Shown here one piece after another: positions 1 through 10,094 of a DNA stretch of 64,000 bases. The position numbers and the translations under genes were made by a program. Location: assembly GCA_963704655.1 (NCBI GenBank), contig OY969927.1, forward strand, positions 320,001 to 384,000. Direction: 5' to 3'. Positions within the stretch are counted from its first letter, which is position 1. Every line of letters begins with the position of its first letter. A model generated the notes under the pieces. That model saw only the letters and a list, made by a program, of their open reading frames with translations, did no database searches and had not been told where the DNA came from. Source of the stretch: an uncultured Candidatus Babeliaceae bacterium. GTDB lineage: Bacteria > Babelota > Babeliae > Babelales > Babelaceae.

Positions 1-3000
1 GTCCATTACCAATTTTTATAAGATTGTTATCTCCTGCAGAGCCAACAACATTTGCTCCTAAGTAGATATTGTTTGATCCTGTAAGGCAATTAAGCCCTGC
101 ATAGTAACCTAGGGCAGTATTAGCATAGCCGCTGTTGTTATAATAGAGTGAATAGTACCCTATCCCGACGTTACTAGTGCCAGTTATGTTAGATTGCAAT
201 GCTCTTGAACCAATTGCAACTTGCTGTTGCCCCTGTGTATTATTAGTGAGGCTATATATACCAATAGCTATATTGTCACCAGAATTACTATTTGCCAGCG
301 TAGATATTCCAATGCCGATGTTAGAGCTGCCTACAGTATTATTTTGTAATGAATAGTCGCCAATAGCTGTGTTAAATTGCCCAGCGGTATTGTTTGCAAG
401 TGCATAATATCCTGCGGCAAAGTTATTGGTTCCTGTATTATTTTGTAATGCGTTAGTCCCCAGAGCTATTTGATATGGTCCAGTATTATTTTGTAATGCA
501 TTTAAGCCAATGCCGATATTGTCATGTCCTGAGCTATTAAGCTGTAACGCATTATAACCAATGGCTATATTACTTGTCCCTGTGGCAATTAATTGTAAAG
601 CATTTTGTCCAATAGCGATATTTCCGCTACCCGTTAATGTGTTGTTATTACCAGCATTTAATCCAATAATAGTATTATTATGTGTTGGCGCAAAGATAAA
701 GCCTTGGCCAGTATTGCATCCGCCGAGCGAGCTGTAATTAATTAAGCTCTTTCCCGAAAGCGCAACTGTTGTAGCTTCAAATGTGCCCGTGTTATCACGC
801 AAGACAAGGGTTGATGGAGTGTCGCATGCTGTTGCAGCCGTAAGTAAGGTATATGTTGGAAGCGTTGACCAAGAAAGTTGTGCTGGATTATTTCCATCTG
901 TTGTCAATAATTGACCAAAAGCACCTTGGTTAATAGGCATTTGTAAGGTGTACGTAAACGCATATGTTGCAGATGGTGCAGTAATGCCTGCGTAGTTTGT
1001 ATTACCACTATCGTAAATATTAAACTGTTTTGCCAGCACGTTATTAAAAAGGTTATTTGGAGCATACCCAAGGTTTGTGCTATTTATTGTGCCACTTGGC
1101 ATAATATACCGCACTGAGCTGTTACCCAGCATGACGCTGTTATCAACGAATGCAGCAGCGCCTGCGCCTATGGCCGTTCTATTTTGCGCTGGTTCACCAA
1201 CATCTGCGCCAGTACCTAGTGCCGTGTTGTTACTACCAGAAGTTACCGTTAATAATGCCGAATAGCCCACTGCAGTATTAGAACCCCCAAGTACATTAGC
1301 GCTTAATGCCGAATAGCCCTCTGCGGTGTTATAACTTCCAATTACATTGGCGCTTAATGCGTTGTTGCCAACGGCGGTATTATAATTGCCCGATATATTA
1401 TTTGTTAAGGCAAAACTTCCTATTGCAGTATTAATAATTGGTTCTGGTCGTGGGTCAAAAATTGAATCTCCAAAAAACTGATAAGCAATTGCATTCATCG
1501 ATGCTTGATACCCAATGGCAACATTATATTGCATCGGATAAGTTCCAGCAAAGATGCCACCATTTACCACCAAATCGGTTCCGGTCATCAATGCCGAAGT
1601 TCCTATAGCAACATTAGAAAAACCTTGTTGCGTTGATGCTAATGCGCCTGTACCAATAGCGATATTATCTGCTGCGCCATTAAAAATATAAGAGTTATTC
1701 TCACCCTCTCCACCTATAAGACTTTGTCCAGCAAATGCGCCAATGGCGATATTGTCAAAACCTGCGGTGATACTTGCAAGAGCATCAAAACCAAGTGCAA
1801 CGTTTGATGTGCCCGTTAAGATATTATTATTGCCTGCATTCAAACCAATAAGAGTATTTTGATTTGTTGGCGCAAAGACAAAGCCTTGGCCAGTATTGCA
1901 TCCGCCAATTGTGCTGTAATTAATTAAACTGTTTCCCGTGAGTGTGATAGTTGTTGCTGCAAAGCTGCCCGTGCTGTCGCGCAGAACCAGCGACAATATA
2001 TTGTCGCATGATGTTGCGGTGTTAATAAGATCTGAATATGTCCCCACACCAAGTCGTCCGCTGCTGGTAACAACTACCGGTTCACCAACAAGTAGAGTGT
2101 TATAAATGCCCGCAACATATGCAGCAGTTTGTGTGCCTTGTGTACCGATATACGTGACGTTATTATCTGTTGAATTACCTAAATTTGATATATAAATACT
2201 ATTAGAAGTATTTGACCCTGCATTCTGACCCGCTGCATAGCCAAGTGCCACATTCGAGTTTCCCGATGTTATAAGCTCTATTGCATTAACTCCGACTGCG
2301 GTATTATATTGACCTGTAGTTAAGTCTAGCAATGCGTTCGTTCCAACTGCTGTGTTATAACTTCCTCCAATATTATTATTAAGTGCTGAAGCGCCAATGC
2401 CAGTATTTTGTACACCAGTTGTATTAGTTGTCAGTGCATTAAAACCAAGGGCCGTATTGAAATTACCAGTAGTGTTAGCTTGTAATGCAAACGTACCAAC
2501 TGCGGCATTATATGGGCTTAAATTTGCGCTTAATGCTTGCGAACCAACGGCAACGTTGTAGCCAAAACTATCATGGGCAAGTGCTTGATAGCCAATTGCA
2601 ACAGAGTTTCCTGAAAGGGGATTAGCCGAGGCCATAGCCTGGGTGCCAATAGCAACGTTGTTGCTCTTATTAACATTGGTTGCAAGCGTGCCAAATCCGA
2701 GTGCCGTGTTATTGCTGCCAGACGTATTGAGTGCCAATGCATTAAACCCAAGCGCAAGATTACCTGTGCCGGTGATATTGATATTATTATTTCCAGCATT
2801 TAAACCAATAATGGTATTACCCTTTGTTGGCGCAAAGACAAAGCCAGCGCCGGTATTGCAACCGCCCACCGTGCTGTAATTAATTAAGCTATTGCCAGTT
2901 AACGTTATTGTTGTTGCTGCAAAGCTGCCCGTGCTGTCGCGCAGCACAAGTGTTGATGCATTATCGCATGATGTTGCAGTGTTAAGTAAATTAAGTTGAG

Positions 3001-6000
3001 CACTATTAGTTACCGTGGTAATCCAGCTTAATTGTGCAGGTGCGCCACCATTTGTGGATAATACTTGGCCATTCGCGCCATGTGATGTTGGTAAAATAAG
3101 GCCATATGATGAAGAAAAGCTTGAGGGCACGGTAAATGTTATGTTACCGGTGCTATTTCCTTGGAATACTAAACCACTTTGTGCACGGATATTAAAGGTA
3201 TCATTTGATGTTGATGCAAATGATGAGCCTTGTGAATCGGCAAAGACAAATGCACCATTGTTTGCAGCATTTGCTTGTTGGCCAAGTGCCACAGAATATT
3301 CCCCATTTGCTTGGTTGTTATAACCGCCGGGTACTGTTGCATATTGTCCGCCTGCTGCGTTGCCATTACCGCCACCAACTGTTCCAGCATAACCCGCAGA
3401 ATTATTCTGGCCACCACCAACTGTTGCATATGAACTTGATGTGCTATTATTATAGCCACCGGTTATAACCGCGTAATAGCCATTTAGATTATTCGACAAA
3501 CCCCCGCCGATAATGGACCAATTTCCTAGTGAACTTCCTAGAGTATTATTTTGGCCACCAACAACAACAGAATAATCACTATTTGCGGTATTGGTATATC
3601 CAGCGCCTACAAATGAGCTGTTACCAGATGCGGTGTTATAAGTTCCACCGCCAACAACAGCATAATAATTAGATGCGTTATTATAATAGCCCCCTGTTAT
3701 AACCGAGTAATCACTATTTGCGGTATTGGTATATCCAGCGCCTACAAATGAACTGTTACCAGATGCGGTGTTATAATTTCCACCGCCAACAACAGCATAA
3801 TAATTAGATGCTTTATTTTGATAACCACCAACAACTGTGGCGTAATCATCTGTAGCATTGTGGTTTTGGCCACCGCCTATAAATGAGCTGTTTCCTGCAG
3901 CCTTATTGTTAAAACCACCAACGACAATTCCATAGGTATTTGATGCGGTGTTGGCAGATCCGCCAACAACTGTGGCGAAAGTATTTGAAGCACTATTTCC
4001 TTCGCCGCCCACAATAACAGCTTGGTCGCCTGTTGTATTGGAGTTGCCGATGCCACCGCCAATAAATGAGCTATTACCTGCAGCGTTATTGCCAAAACCA
4101 CCAACAACAACTCCGTAGGTATTAGAAGCAGTGTTGCTTTGGCCACCAAGTATAGCAGCGTTAGTATTTGATGCGTGGTTATACTGTCCACCGCCAACAA
4201 CAGCATAATTACCAGATGCTGTATTTTCATAACCGCCAGTTACCGATGAGTAATCACCTGAAGCAGTGTGGTGTTCACCATTACCGACAAATGAGCTATT
4301 TCCTGTAGAGTTATTATAACTGCCACCAACAACAATTCCATAGGAATTTGATGCAGTGTTATTTTGTCCACCAAGTATAGCAGCGTAACTATTTGATGCG
4401 GTGTTGCTTTGTCCGCCTGCAATAACAGCGTAAGAACCGGATGCAACATCAGACCCGCTTGCATTAATTTGTAAATCAACAGCATATGTTCCGCGTGTGT
4501 TACCACTTGCAGATGCTTGTAATGCGCGAGAACCTTGCGGAGCTACTGTAAGTGCTGAAATGCTACCACAGATTTGTCCTGCAGGTGAAAGGGTAGGGTC
4601 ATTTACTGTTAAACATCCATCTGCTGTTATGTTGTATGCGGCAAAGCTGCCTGTATTGTCCCGTAACACAAGTGTGTTTGGAATATCTGCGCTTGTTGCG
4701 GTGTAAATCCAATTTAATTCTGTTGAATTAGTTACCGTTGTTATCCAGCCAAGCTGTTCTGTTTTTCCTGGTCCTGAAACGACCCCAAGAACTTGATACA
4801 ATCCAGGGGCAGCGTTAGTTGGCAATATTAATGTGTACGTATTAGTTAGATTTCCAGCGGTTAATGACACTGAACCAGCGCCTGTTGAGCCTTGGAAAAC
4901 TTGATATCCTGTTACGGTAATATTTGTTGCCGCAAAGCTTCCCGTACTATCGCGTTCTACTATTGTTCCTTGAATATCAAGTGGTGTTGCATTATAAACA
5001 CCGTTATAAGCAAACTCAAAGTTTTGATAGTCAATGCCAGAAATTAAACCAACGCTGGTTGTGCCAATTAAGTTACCTGCGTAGGGAATGTTCAATTCAT
5101 GTGTTCCAGGTTCAATGTCATTCCATACAACAAGTGTTAAATTACCGGTATTTGTAGTTAAAAATTGTTCTGGTGCTGTTAAGCCATTAAGACTTTCAAT
5201 GCCACCTGTTAATGTTGCAACCCAGCTTAATTGCCCAGAGCCGTTATTAAACAATGCTTGATTTGGTCCAGTAGCCTGTGCTGCTGGCAATATTAATGTG
5301 TACGTATTAGTTAGATTTCCAGCGGTTAATGACACTGAACCAGCGCCTGTTGAGCCTTGGAAAACTTGATATCCTGTTACGGTGATATTGGTTGCTGCGA
5401 AGCTTCCCGTACTATCGCGTTCTACTATTGTTCCTTGAATATCAAGTGGTGTTGCATTATAAACACCGTTATAAGCAAACTCAAAGTTTTGATAGTCAAT
5501 GCCAGAAATTAAACCAACGCTGGTTGTGCCAATTAAGTTACCTGCGTAGGGAATGTTCAATTCATGTGTTCCAGGCTCAATGTCATTCCATACAACAAGT
5601 GTTAAATTACCGGTATTTGTAGTTAAAAATTGTTCTGGTGCCGTTAAGCCATTAAGACTTTCAATGCCACCTGTTAATGTTGCAACCCAGCTTAATTGCC
5701 CAGAGCCGTTATTAAACAATGCTTGATTTGGTCCAGTAGCCTGTGCTGCTGGCAATATTAATGTGTACGTATTAGTTAGATTTCCAGCGGTTAATGACAC
5801 TGAACCAGCGCCTGTTGAGCCTTCGAATACTTGATATCCTGTTACGGTGATATTGGTTGCTGCAAAGCTTCCAGTACTATCGCGTTCTACTATTGTTCCT
5901 TGAATATCAAGTGGTGTTGCATTATAAACACCATTATAAGCAAACTCAAAGTTTTGATAATCTTCACCGGTGATTAAACCAACATGGTTATTGTCATCAG

Positions 6001-9000
6001 GTAAATTACCAGCATATGGGATATCTAATTGATGTACGCCAGTTACTGCGTTATCAGTCCAACCAAAGAATGTTTCAGCTGTGTAGGTAGTTAAGAATTG
6101 ATTTACAACAGTTACACTATTCAAGCTTTCAATTGCTGAACCAATAACAACGGTCTGCCATGAAAGATTACCGAACCCATCATTAATAAGTGTCTGACTT
6201 GAGTTACCCTGTGCTTGTGGAAGAGTTACACCATAACTTGTTGAAACTGTTGCTGGGCCAGTAATAGAGACAGTACCACTGTTATCTTTTGCTTCAAACG
6301 CTACCGTTGTTACCGTTACAGTTGTTGCTGCAAAGCTGCCGGTAGAATCGCGTAATACGAGTGTTAATGGAATATCTGCGCTTGTTGCAGACAGCACGGT
6401 TGAATAGGTTTGTGCAAGTGCGCATGCAGGAATGCCACAGACAAATGCAACGTGTGTTGCAGTTTGCGTGCCGATGACATCACCATATAATTGTCCGGTA
6501 AATGAAGTGGTAGTTATTGTCCCCACGCCAAGTTGCCCAAGTGAAGTTACTACAACAGGTGAACCGGTTACCGGTGTTCCATAAATACCAGCAACATATG
6601 CAGAAGTTTGTGTGCCTTGTGTGCCAATGCGAATGGTATTTTGGTCACCAGGTGCGCCACCACTGCTTATTAAAATATTATTACTTTCATTAGAAGTATA
6701 AGGATAACCAGCATTTAAGCCCAATGCAATATTATTAACACCTGTTAATACATTACCTAATGCAGAGTGACCAAGTGCAAGGTTTTGTCCACCAACATCT
6801 TTAGCAAGTGCGCCGTTACCCAGGGCTATATCAAAACCATTTGAAGGAGACGCAGATTGCATAGCTTCATAACCGATAGCGATGTTTGATCCCAAACCGT
6901 TATCATTTTGAAGCGCGCTATTACCAATAGCAATGTCGGTAGTTGGATTTTGTGTCAAGTTTAATGCAGAATACCCAAGTGCGATATTGCCATTACCATG
7001 TAAATTTGCCGCCATTGCATTGTTGCCGATTGCAGTGTTATTTTCACCTGTGGAATTATTTGTTAAAGCAAAACTGCCCACAGCGGTGTTGATGAAAGGG
7101 CTAAATCCACCGTGGCCACCGATTATACCCGCTTGAGTATTTGCAAGTGTTTGATACCCAACAGCAACATTAAATACAAGTGGCCCATATACACCACCTG
7201 CTGCTATATCAACGGCATTGCTGAGTGCGCCGCTGCCAAGAGCAACATTGCCAAAGCCGTGCGTTGTTGTTGCAAGTGCGTTTACGCCGATGGCAACGTT
7301 TTCTGCGCCACCGATGGCTGTTATTTGGTTGTCTAAATAATTATAATAGGTAAATTGTGCGCCGCCTTGCAGTGTCTGTGCACTGTTGGCACCAATTGCA
7401 ACGTTATCACATGCAACTGTTGCGGTCATGAGCGCATTAAAGCCAAGTGCAACATTGCTTGTGCCGGTAAGTGTATTATTATTGCCTGCATTAAGACCAA
7501 TAATGGTATTTTGATGTGTCGGTGCAAAGACGAATCCAGAACCAGTGTCGCATCCGCCAACAGAACTATAATTAATTAAGCTGTTACCAGTAAGAGTAAT
7601 AGTTGTTGCTGCAAAGCTGCCGGTGCTGTCACGCAAAACAAGTGTGAGTGCAGAATTACAACTTGTGCCAGTAGCAGTAGATGATGTCCCTACGCCAAGT
7701 TGCCCAAGTGAAGTTACTACAACAGGTGAACCGGTTACCGGTGTTCCATAAATACCAGCAACATATGCAGAAGTTTGTGTGCCTTGTGTGCCAATGCGAA
7801 TGGTATTTTGGTCACCAGGTGCGCCACCACTGCTTATTAAAATATTATTACTTTCATTAGAAGTATAAGGATAACCAGCATTTAAGCCCAATGCAATATT
7901 ATTAACACCTGTTAATACATTACCTAATGCAGAGTGACCAAGTGCAAGGTTTTGTCCACCAACATCTTTAGCAAGTGCGCCGTTACCCAGGGCTATATCA
8001 AAACCATTTGAAGGAGACGCAGATTGCATAGCTTCATAACCGATAGCGATGTTTGATCCCAAACCGTTATCATTTTGAAGCGCGCTATTACCAATAGCAA
8101 TGTCGGTAGTTGGATTTTGTGTCAAGTTTAATGCAGAATACCCAAGTGCGATATTGCCATTACCATGTAAATTTGCCGCCATTGCATTGTTGCCGATTGC
8201 AGTGTTATTTTCACCTGTGGAATTATTTGTTAAAGCAAAACTGCCCACAGCGGTGTTGATGAAAGGGCTAAATCCACCGTGGCCACCGATTATACCCGCT
8301 TGAGTATTTGCAAGTGTTTGATACCCAACAGCAACATTAAATACAAGTGGCCCATATACACCACCTGCTGCTATATCAACGGCATTGCTGAGTGCGCCGC
8401 TGCCAAGAGCAACATTGCCAAAGCCTTGCGTTGTTGTAGCAAGTGCGTTTATGCCGATGGCAACGTTTTCTGCGCCACCGATGGCTGTTATTTGGTTGTC
8501 TAAATAATTATAATAGGTAAATTGTGCGCCGCCTTGCAGTGTCTGTGCACTGTTGACACCAATTGCAACGTTATCACATGCAACTGTTGCGGTCATAAGC
8601 GCATTAAAGCCAAGTGCAACGTTGCTTGTGCCGGTAAGTGTATTATTATTGCCTGCATTAAGACCAATAATGGTATTTTGATGTGTTGGTGCAAAGACGA
8701 ATCCAGAACCAGTGTCGCATCCGCCAACAGAACTATAATTAATTAAGCTGTTACCAGTAAGAGTAATAGTTGTTGCTGCAAAGCTGCCGGTGCTATCGCG
8801 CAAAATGAGTGTGAGTGGCTTGTCGCATGATGTTGCAGTATATATAAAATTGAGTTGGTTAGAATTTGTCAGTGTTGTGAGCCAGGTTAAGGTGCCAGCA
8901 TTATCTGCTAATCCTAAAACTTGGCCCTGAAGCCCTTCTGCCGAGGGTAATACTAATTGATATGACGTTGTTGGTGTGCATGCACGTGTTGGGAGCATTT

Positions 9001-9238
9001 CTTCTGTGCTTAAATAGTAGCTTGGTGATTCGGATAAGCTGTTACCATTTTCGTCAAGAATATAGAGTGGTATATAGGTATCGGATAGAATCATATTTTT
9101 GTTATGCTCAAGATTTTTATTAATCGGTTCAAGTGCTTGAGCAAGAATGTGCAAATCATTAAAATTTGTTGACTCTGTTTGCAGTAAATTTGGAAAAAGC
9201 CCTATAGAAAGGGCATAGATTAAGTGATTGTACTTCAT
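1..9238 (-). CDS. Giant (>3,079 aa, runs off the left edge) Gly/Asn/Thr-rich tail-fibre/trimeric-adhesin-like repeat protein
   Basis: Manual translation from ATG at 9238 gives MKYNHLIYALSIGLFP...LRDSTGSFAATTITLTGNSLINYS...NVALGFNAL. The same frame reads as matching repeats at 5102-5160 and at 2-61 (LGANVVGSAGDNNLIKIGNG). Its absence from the ORF track is consistent with no in-frame stop inside the window. It shares modules with the ORF at 23428. Confidence 0.85.
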   Translation of the reverse strand, partial: MKYNHLIYALSIGLFPNLLQTESTNFNDLHILAQALEPINKNLEHNKNMILSDTYIPLYILDENGNSLSESPSYYLSTEEMLPTRACTPTTSYQLVLPSAEGLQGQVLGLADNAGTLTWLTTLTNSNQLNFIYTATSCDKPLTLILRDSTGSFAATTITLTGNSLINYSSVGGCDTGSGFVFAPTHQNTIIGLNAGNNNTLTGTSNVALGFNALMTATVACDNVAIGVNSAQTLQGGAQFTYYNYLDNQITAIGGAENVAIGINALATTTQGFGNVALGSGALSNAVDIAAGGVYGPLVFNVAVGYQTLANTQAGIIGGHGGFSPFINTAVGSFALTNNSTGENNTAIGNNAMAANLHGNGNIALGYSALNLTQNPTTDIAIGNSALQNDNGLGSNIAIGYEAMQSASPSNGFDIALGNGALAKDVGGQNLALGHSALGNVLTGVNNIALGLNAGYPYTSNESNNILISSGGAPGDQNTIRIGTQGTQTSAYVAGIYGTPVTGSPVVVTSLGQLGVGTSSTATGTSCNSALTLVLRDSTGSFAATTITLTGNSLINYSSVGGCDTGSGFVFAPTHQNTIIGLNAGNNNTLTGTSNVALGFNALMTATVACDNVAIGANSAQTLQGGAQFTYYNYLDNQITAIGGAENVAIGVNALATTTHGFGNVALGSGALSNAVDIAAGGVYGPLVFNVAVGYQTLANTQAGIIGGHGGFSPFINTAVGSFALTNNSTGENNTAIGNNAMAANLHGNGNIALGYSALNLTQNPTTDIAIGNSALQNDNGLGSNIAIGYEAMQSASPSNGFDIALGNGALAKDVGGQNLALGHSALGNVLTGVNNIALGLNAGYPYTSNESNNILISSGGAPGDQNTIRIGTQGTQTSAYVAGIYGTPVTGSPVVVTSLGQLGVGTITTTSFTGQLYGDVIGTQTATHVAFVCGIPACALAQTYSTVLSATSADIPLTLVLRDSTGSFAATTVTVTTVAFEAKDNSGTVSITGPATVSTSYGVTLPQAQGNSSQTLINDGFGNLSWQTVVIGSAIESLNSVTVVNQFLTTYTAETFFGWTDNAVTGVHQLDIPYAGNLPDDNNHVGLITGEDYQNFEFAYNGVYNATPLDIQGTIVERDSTGSFAATNITVTGYQVFEGSTGAGSVSLTAGNLTNTYTLILPAAQATGPNQALFNNGSGQLSWVATLTGGIESLNGLTAPEQFLTTNTGNLTLVVWNDIEPGTHELNIPYAGNLIGTTSVGLISGIDYQNFEFAYNGVYNATPLDIQGTIVERDSTGSFAATNITVTGYQVFQGSTGAGSVSLTAGNLTNTYTLILPAAQATGPNQALFNNGSGQLSWVATLTGGIESLNGLTAPEQFLTTNTGNLTLVVWNDIEPGTHELNIPYAGNLIGTTSVGLISGIDYQNFEFAYNGVYNATPLDIQGTIVERDSTGSFAATNITVTGYQVFQGSTGAGSVSLTAGNLTNTYTLILPTNAAPGLYQVLGVVSGPGKTEQLGWITTVTNSTELNWIYTATSADIPNTLVLRDNTGSFAAYNITADGCLTVNDPTLSPAGQICGSISALTVAPQGSRALQASASGNTRGTYAVDLQINASGSDVASGSYAVIAGGQSNTASNSYAAILGGQNNTASNSYGIVVGGSYNNSTGNSSFVGNGEHHTASGDYSSVTGGYENTASGNYAVVGGGQYNHASNTNAAILGGQSNTASNTYGVVVGGFGNNAAGNSSFIGGGIGNSNTTGDQAVIVGGEGNSASNTFATVVGGSANTASNTYGIVVGGFNNKAAGNSSFIGGGQNHNATDDYATVVGGYQNKASNYYAVVGGGNYNTASGNSSFVGAGYTNTANSDYSVITGGYYNNASNYYAVVGGGTYNTASGNSSFVGAGYTNTANSDYSVVVGGQNNTLGSSLGNWSIIGGGLSNNLNGYYAVITGGYNNSTSSSYATVGGGQNNSAGYAGTVGGGNGNAAGGQYATVPGGYNNQANGEYSVALGQQANAANNGAFVFADSQGSSFASTSNDTFNIRAQSGLVFQGNSTGNITFTVPSSFSSSYGLILPTSHGANGQVLSTNGGAPAQLSWITTVTNSAQLNLLNTATSCDNASTLVLRDSTGSFAATTITLTGNSLINYSTVGGCNTGAGFVFAPTKGNTIIGLNAGNNNINITGTGNLALGFNALALNTSGSNNTALGFGTLATNVNKSNNVAIGTQAMASANPLSGNSVAIGYQALAHDSFGYNVAVGSQALSANLSPYNAAVGTFALQANTTGNFNTALGFNALTTNTTGVQNTGIGASALNNNIGGSYNTAVGTNALLDLTTGQYNTAVGVNAIELITSGNSNVALGYAAGQNAGSNTSNSIYISNLGNSTDNNVTYIGTQGTQTAAYVAGIYNTLLVGEPVVVTSSGRLGVGTYSDLINTATSCDNILSLVLRDSTGSFAATTITLTGNSLINYSTIGGCNTGQGFVFAPTNQNTLIGLNAGNNNILTGTSNVALGFDALASITAGFDNIAIGAFAGQSLIGGEGENNSYIFNGAADNIAIGTGALASTQQGFSNVAIGTSALMTGTDLVVNGGIFAGTYPMQYNVAIGYQASMNAIAYQFFGDSIFDPRPEPIINTAIGSFALTNNISGNYNTAVGNNALSANVIGSYNTAEGYSALSANVLGGSNTAVGYSALLTVTSGSNNTALGTGADVGEPAQNRTAIGAGAAAFVDNSVMLGNSSVRYIMPSGTINSTNLGYAPNNLFNNVLAKQFNIYDSGNTNYAGITAPSATYAFTYTLQMPINQGAFGQLLTTDGNNPAQLSWSTLPTYTLLTAATACDTPSTLVLRDNTGTFEATTVALSGKSLINYSSLGGCNTGQGFIFAPTHNNTIIGLNAGNNNTLTGSGNIAIGQNALQLIATGTSNIAIGYNALQLNSSGHDNIGIGLNALQNNTGPYQIALGTNALQNNTGTNNFAAGYYALANNTAGQFNTAIGDYSLQNNTVGSSNIGIGISTLANSNSGDNIAIGIYSLTNNTQGQQQVAIGSRALQSNITGTSNVGIGYYSLYYNNSGYANTALGYYAGLNCLTGSNNIYLGANVVGSAGDNNLIKIGNG
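4821..5960. repeat. About 2.4 near-identical 465-bp (155-aa) tandem repeats inside the giant ORF
   Basis: GGCAATATTAATGTGTACG recurs at 4821, 5286 and 5751; shadow ORFs end at 5157 and 5622. Confidence 0.9.
6522..8817. repeat. Two near-identical tandem repeats, period 1,167 bp (389 aa), inside the giant ORF
   Basis: Shadow ORFs 6933..7136 and 8100..8303 are identical, offset 1167. Confidence 0.92.
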
Positions 9239-9350
9239 ATACATACTCTTTTTTTTATAGGATACCTTTTGAAAGCAATGTTAGTATGCCAAACTGTTTT
9301 TGGCAAATGCAAGATAGTTATGTTTTTAAAAATTGATATACTGTTTTGTT

Positions 9351-9971
9351 ATGGAACATACAAATGCACTATGGCAAAAATTTGCCCAAAAAAATAATCT
9401 TACAGAAAAGCAACTTACTCAATTTCAGCGTTATTACGATCTTTTAATAGCTGCAAATGAGCTTTTTAATATTACTGCCATTACTGATGTAGAATCGGTG
9501 ATAGCGTACCATTTTGAAGATTCCCTGAAGCTTGGGCAAGCTTTAGATATTAATGCTATTAAAAGTTTATGTGATATCGGTACTGGTGGCGGTTTTCCTG
9601 GGATCCCCCTTAAAATAGTCTATCCGCACCTAAAAGTTCTTTTGTTAGAAGTATCACAGAAAAAGATTAATTTTTTAGAAACTGTGGTTCAGGAGCTTGG
9701 TTTGCAAGATGTTGAAACGTGTGATTATGATTGGCGGACGTTTTTACGAAAAACTGAAGGGGCCATAGATCTATTTTGTGCACGTGCGTCATTGCATCCA
9801 GATGAATTACTACGCATGTTTGCAGGCTCATCGTCATATCAAAGTAGTACGTTAGTTTATTGGGCATCGCAAGAATGGAAAGCCTCTGAAAAAGAGAAGC
9901 CATTTTTGAAGACGATGTACGAATATACTGTTGGTGATCGTAAGCGCTTTTACGTGATTTTCAAAAAATAA
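9351..9971 (+). CDS. rsmG: 16S rRNA m7G527 methyltransferase
   Basis: N-[IL]-TAI and H..DSL motifs; SAM motif DIGTGGGFPGIPL; ATG at 9351. Confidence 0.9.
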   Translation: MEHTNALWQKFAQKNNLTEKQLTQFQRYYDLLIAANELFNITAITDVESVIAYHFEDSLKLGQALDINAIKSLCDIGTGGGFPGIPLKIVYPHLKVLLLEVSQKKINFLETVVQELGLQDVETCDYDWRTFLRKTEGAIDLFCARASLHPDELLRMFAGSSSYQSSTLVYWASQEWKASEKEKPFLKTMYEYTVGDRKRFYVIFKK

Positions 9972-10030
9972 TAATTCATATTTTTATACAGTTGTTTTGA
10001 TTGCAATTTTTCAGCATAAAGCTAAGATAT

Positions 10031-10068
10031 CCCTACTTCGCACCTTGTGGGTGCTTCGAAGGGCAGGC
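10031..10068. repeat. REP-like hairpin ending GGGCAGGC
   Basis: CCCTACTTCGCACC-TTGTG-GGTGCTTCGAAGGGCAGGC; related to 34941-34973 and 55912-55970. Confidence 0.5.
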
Positions 10069-10094
10069 ATGTCAGGACATAGTGTCGGGAGATT

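Noticed and set aside
1077-8746. Many short ORF-track entries
   Set aside because: They are shadow ORFs opposite to, or out of frame with, the giant minus-strand gene.
4821-8817. CRISPR-like array
   Set aside because: The repeats are long, in-frame coding duplications with no unique spacers and no cas genes.
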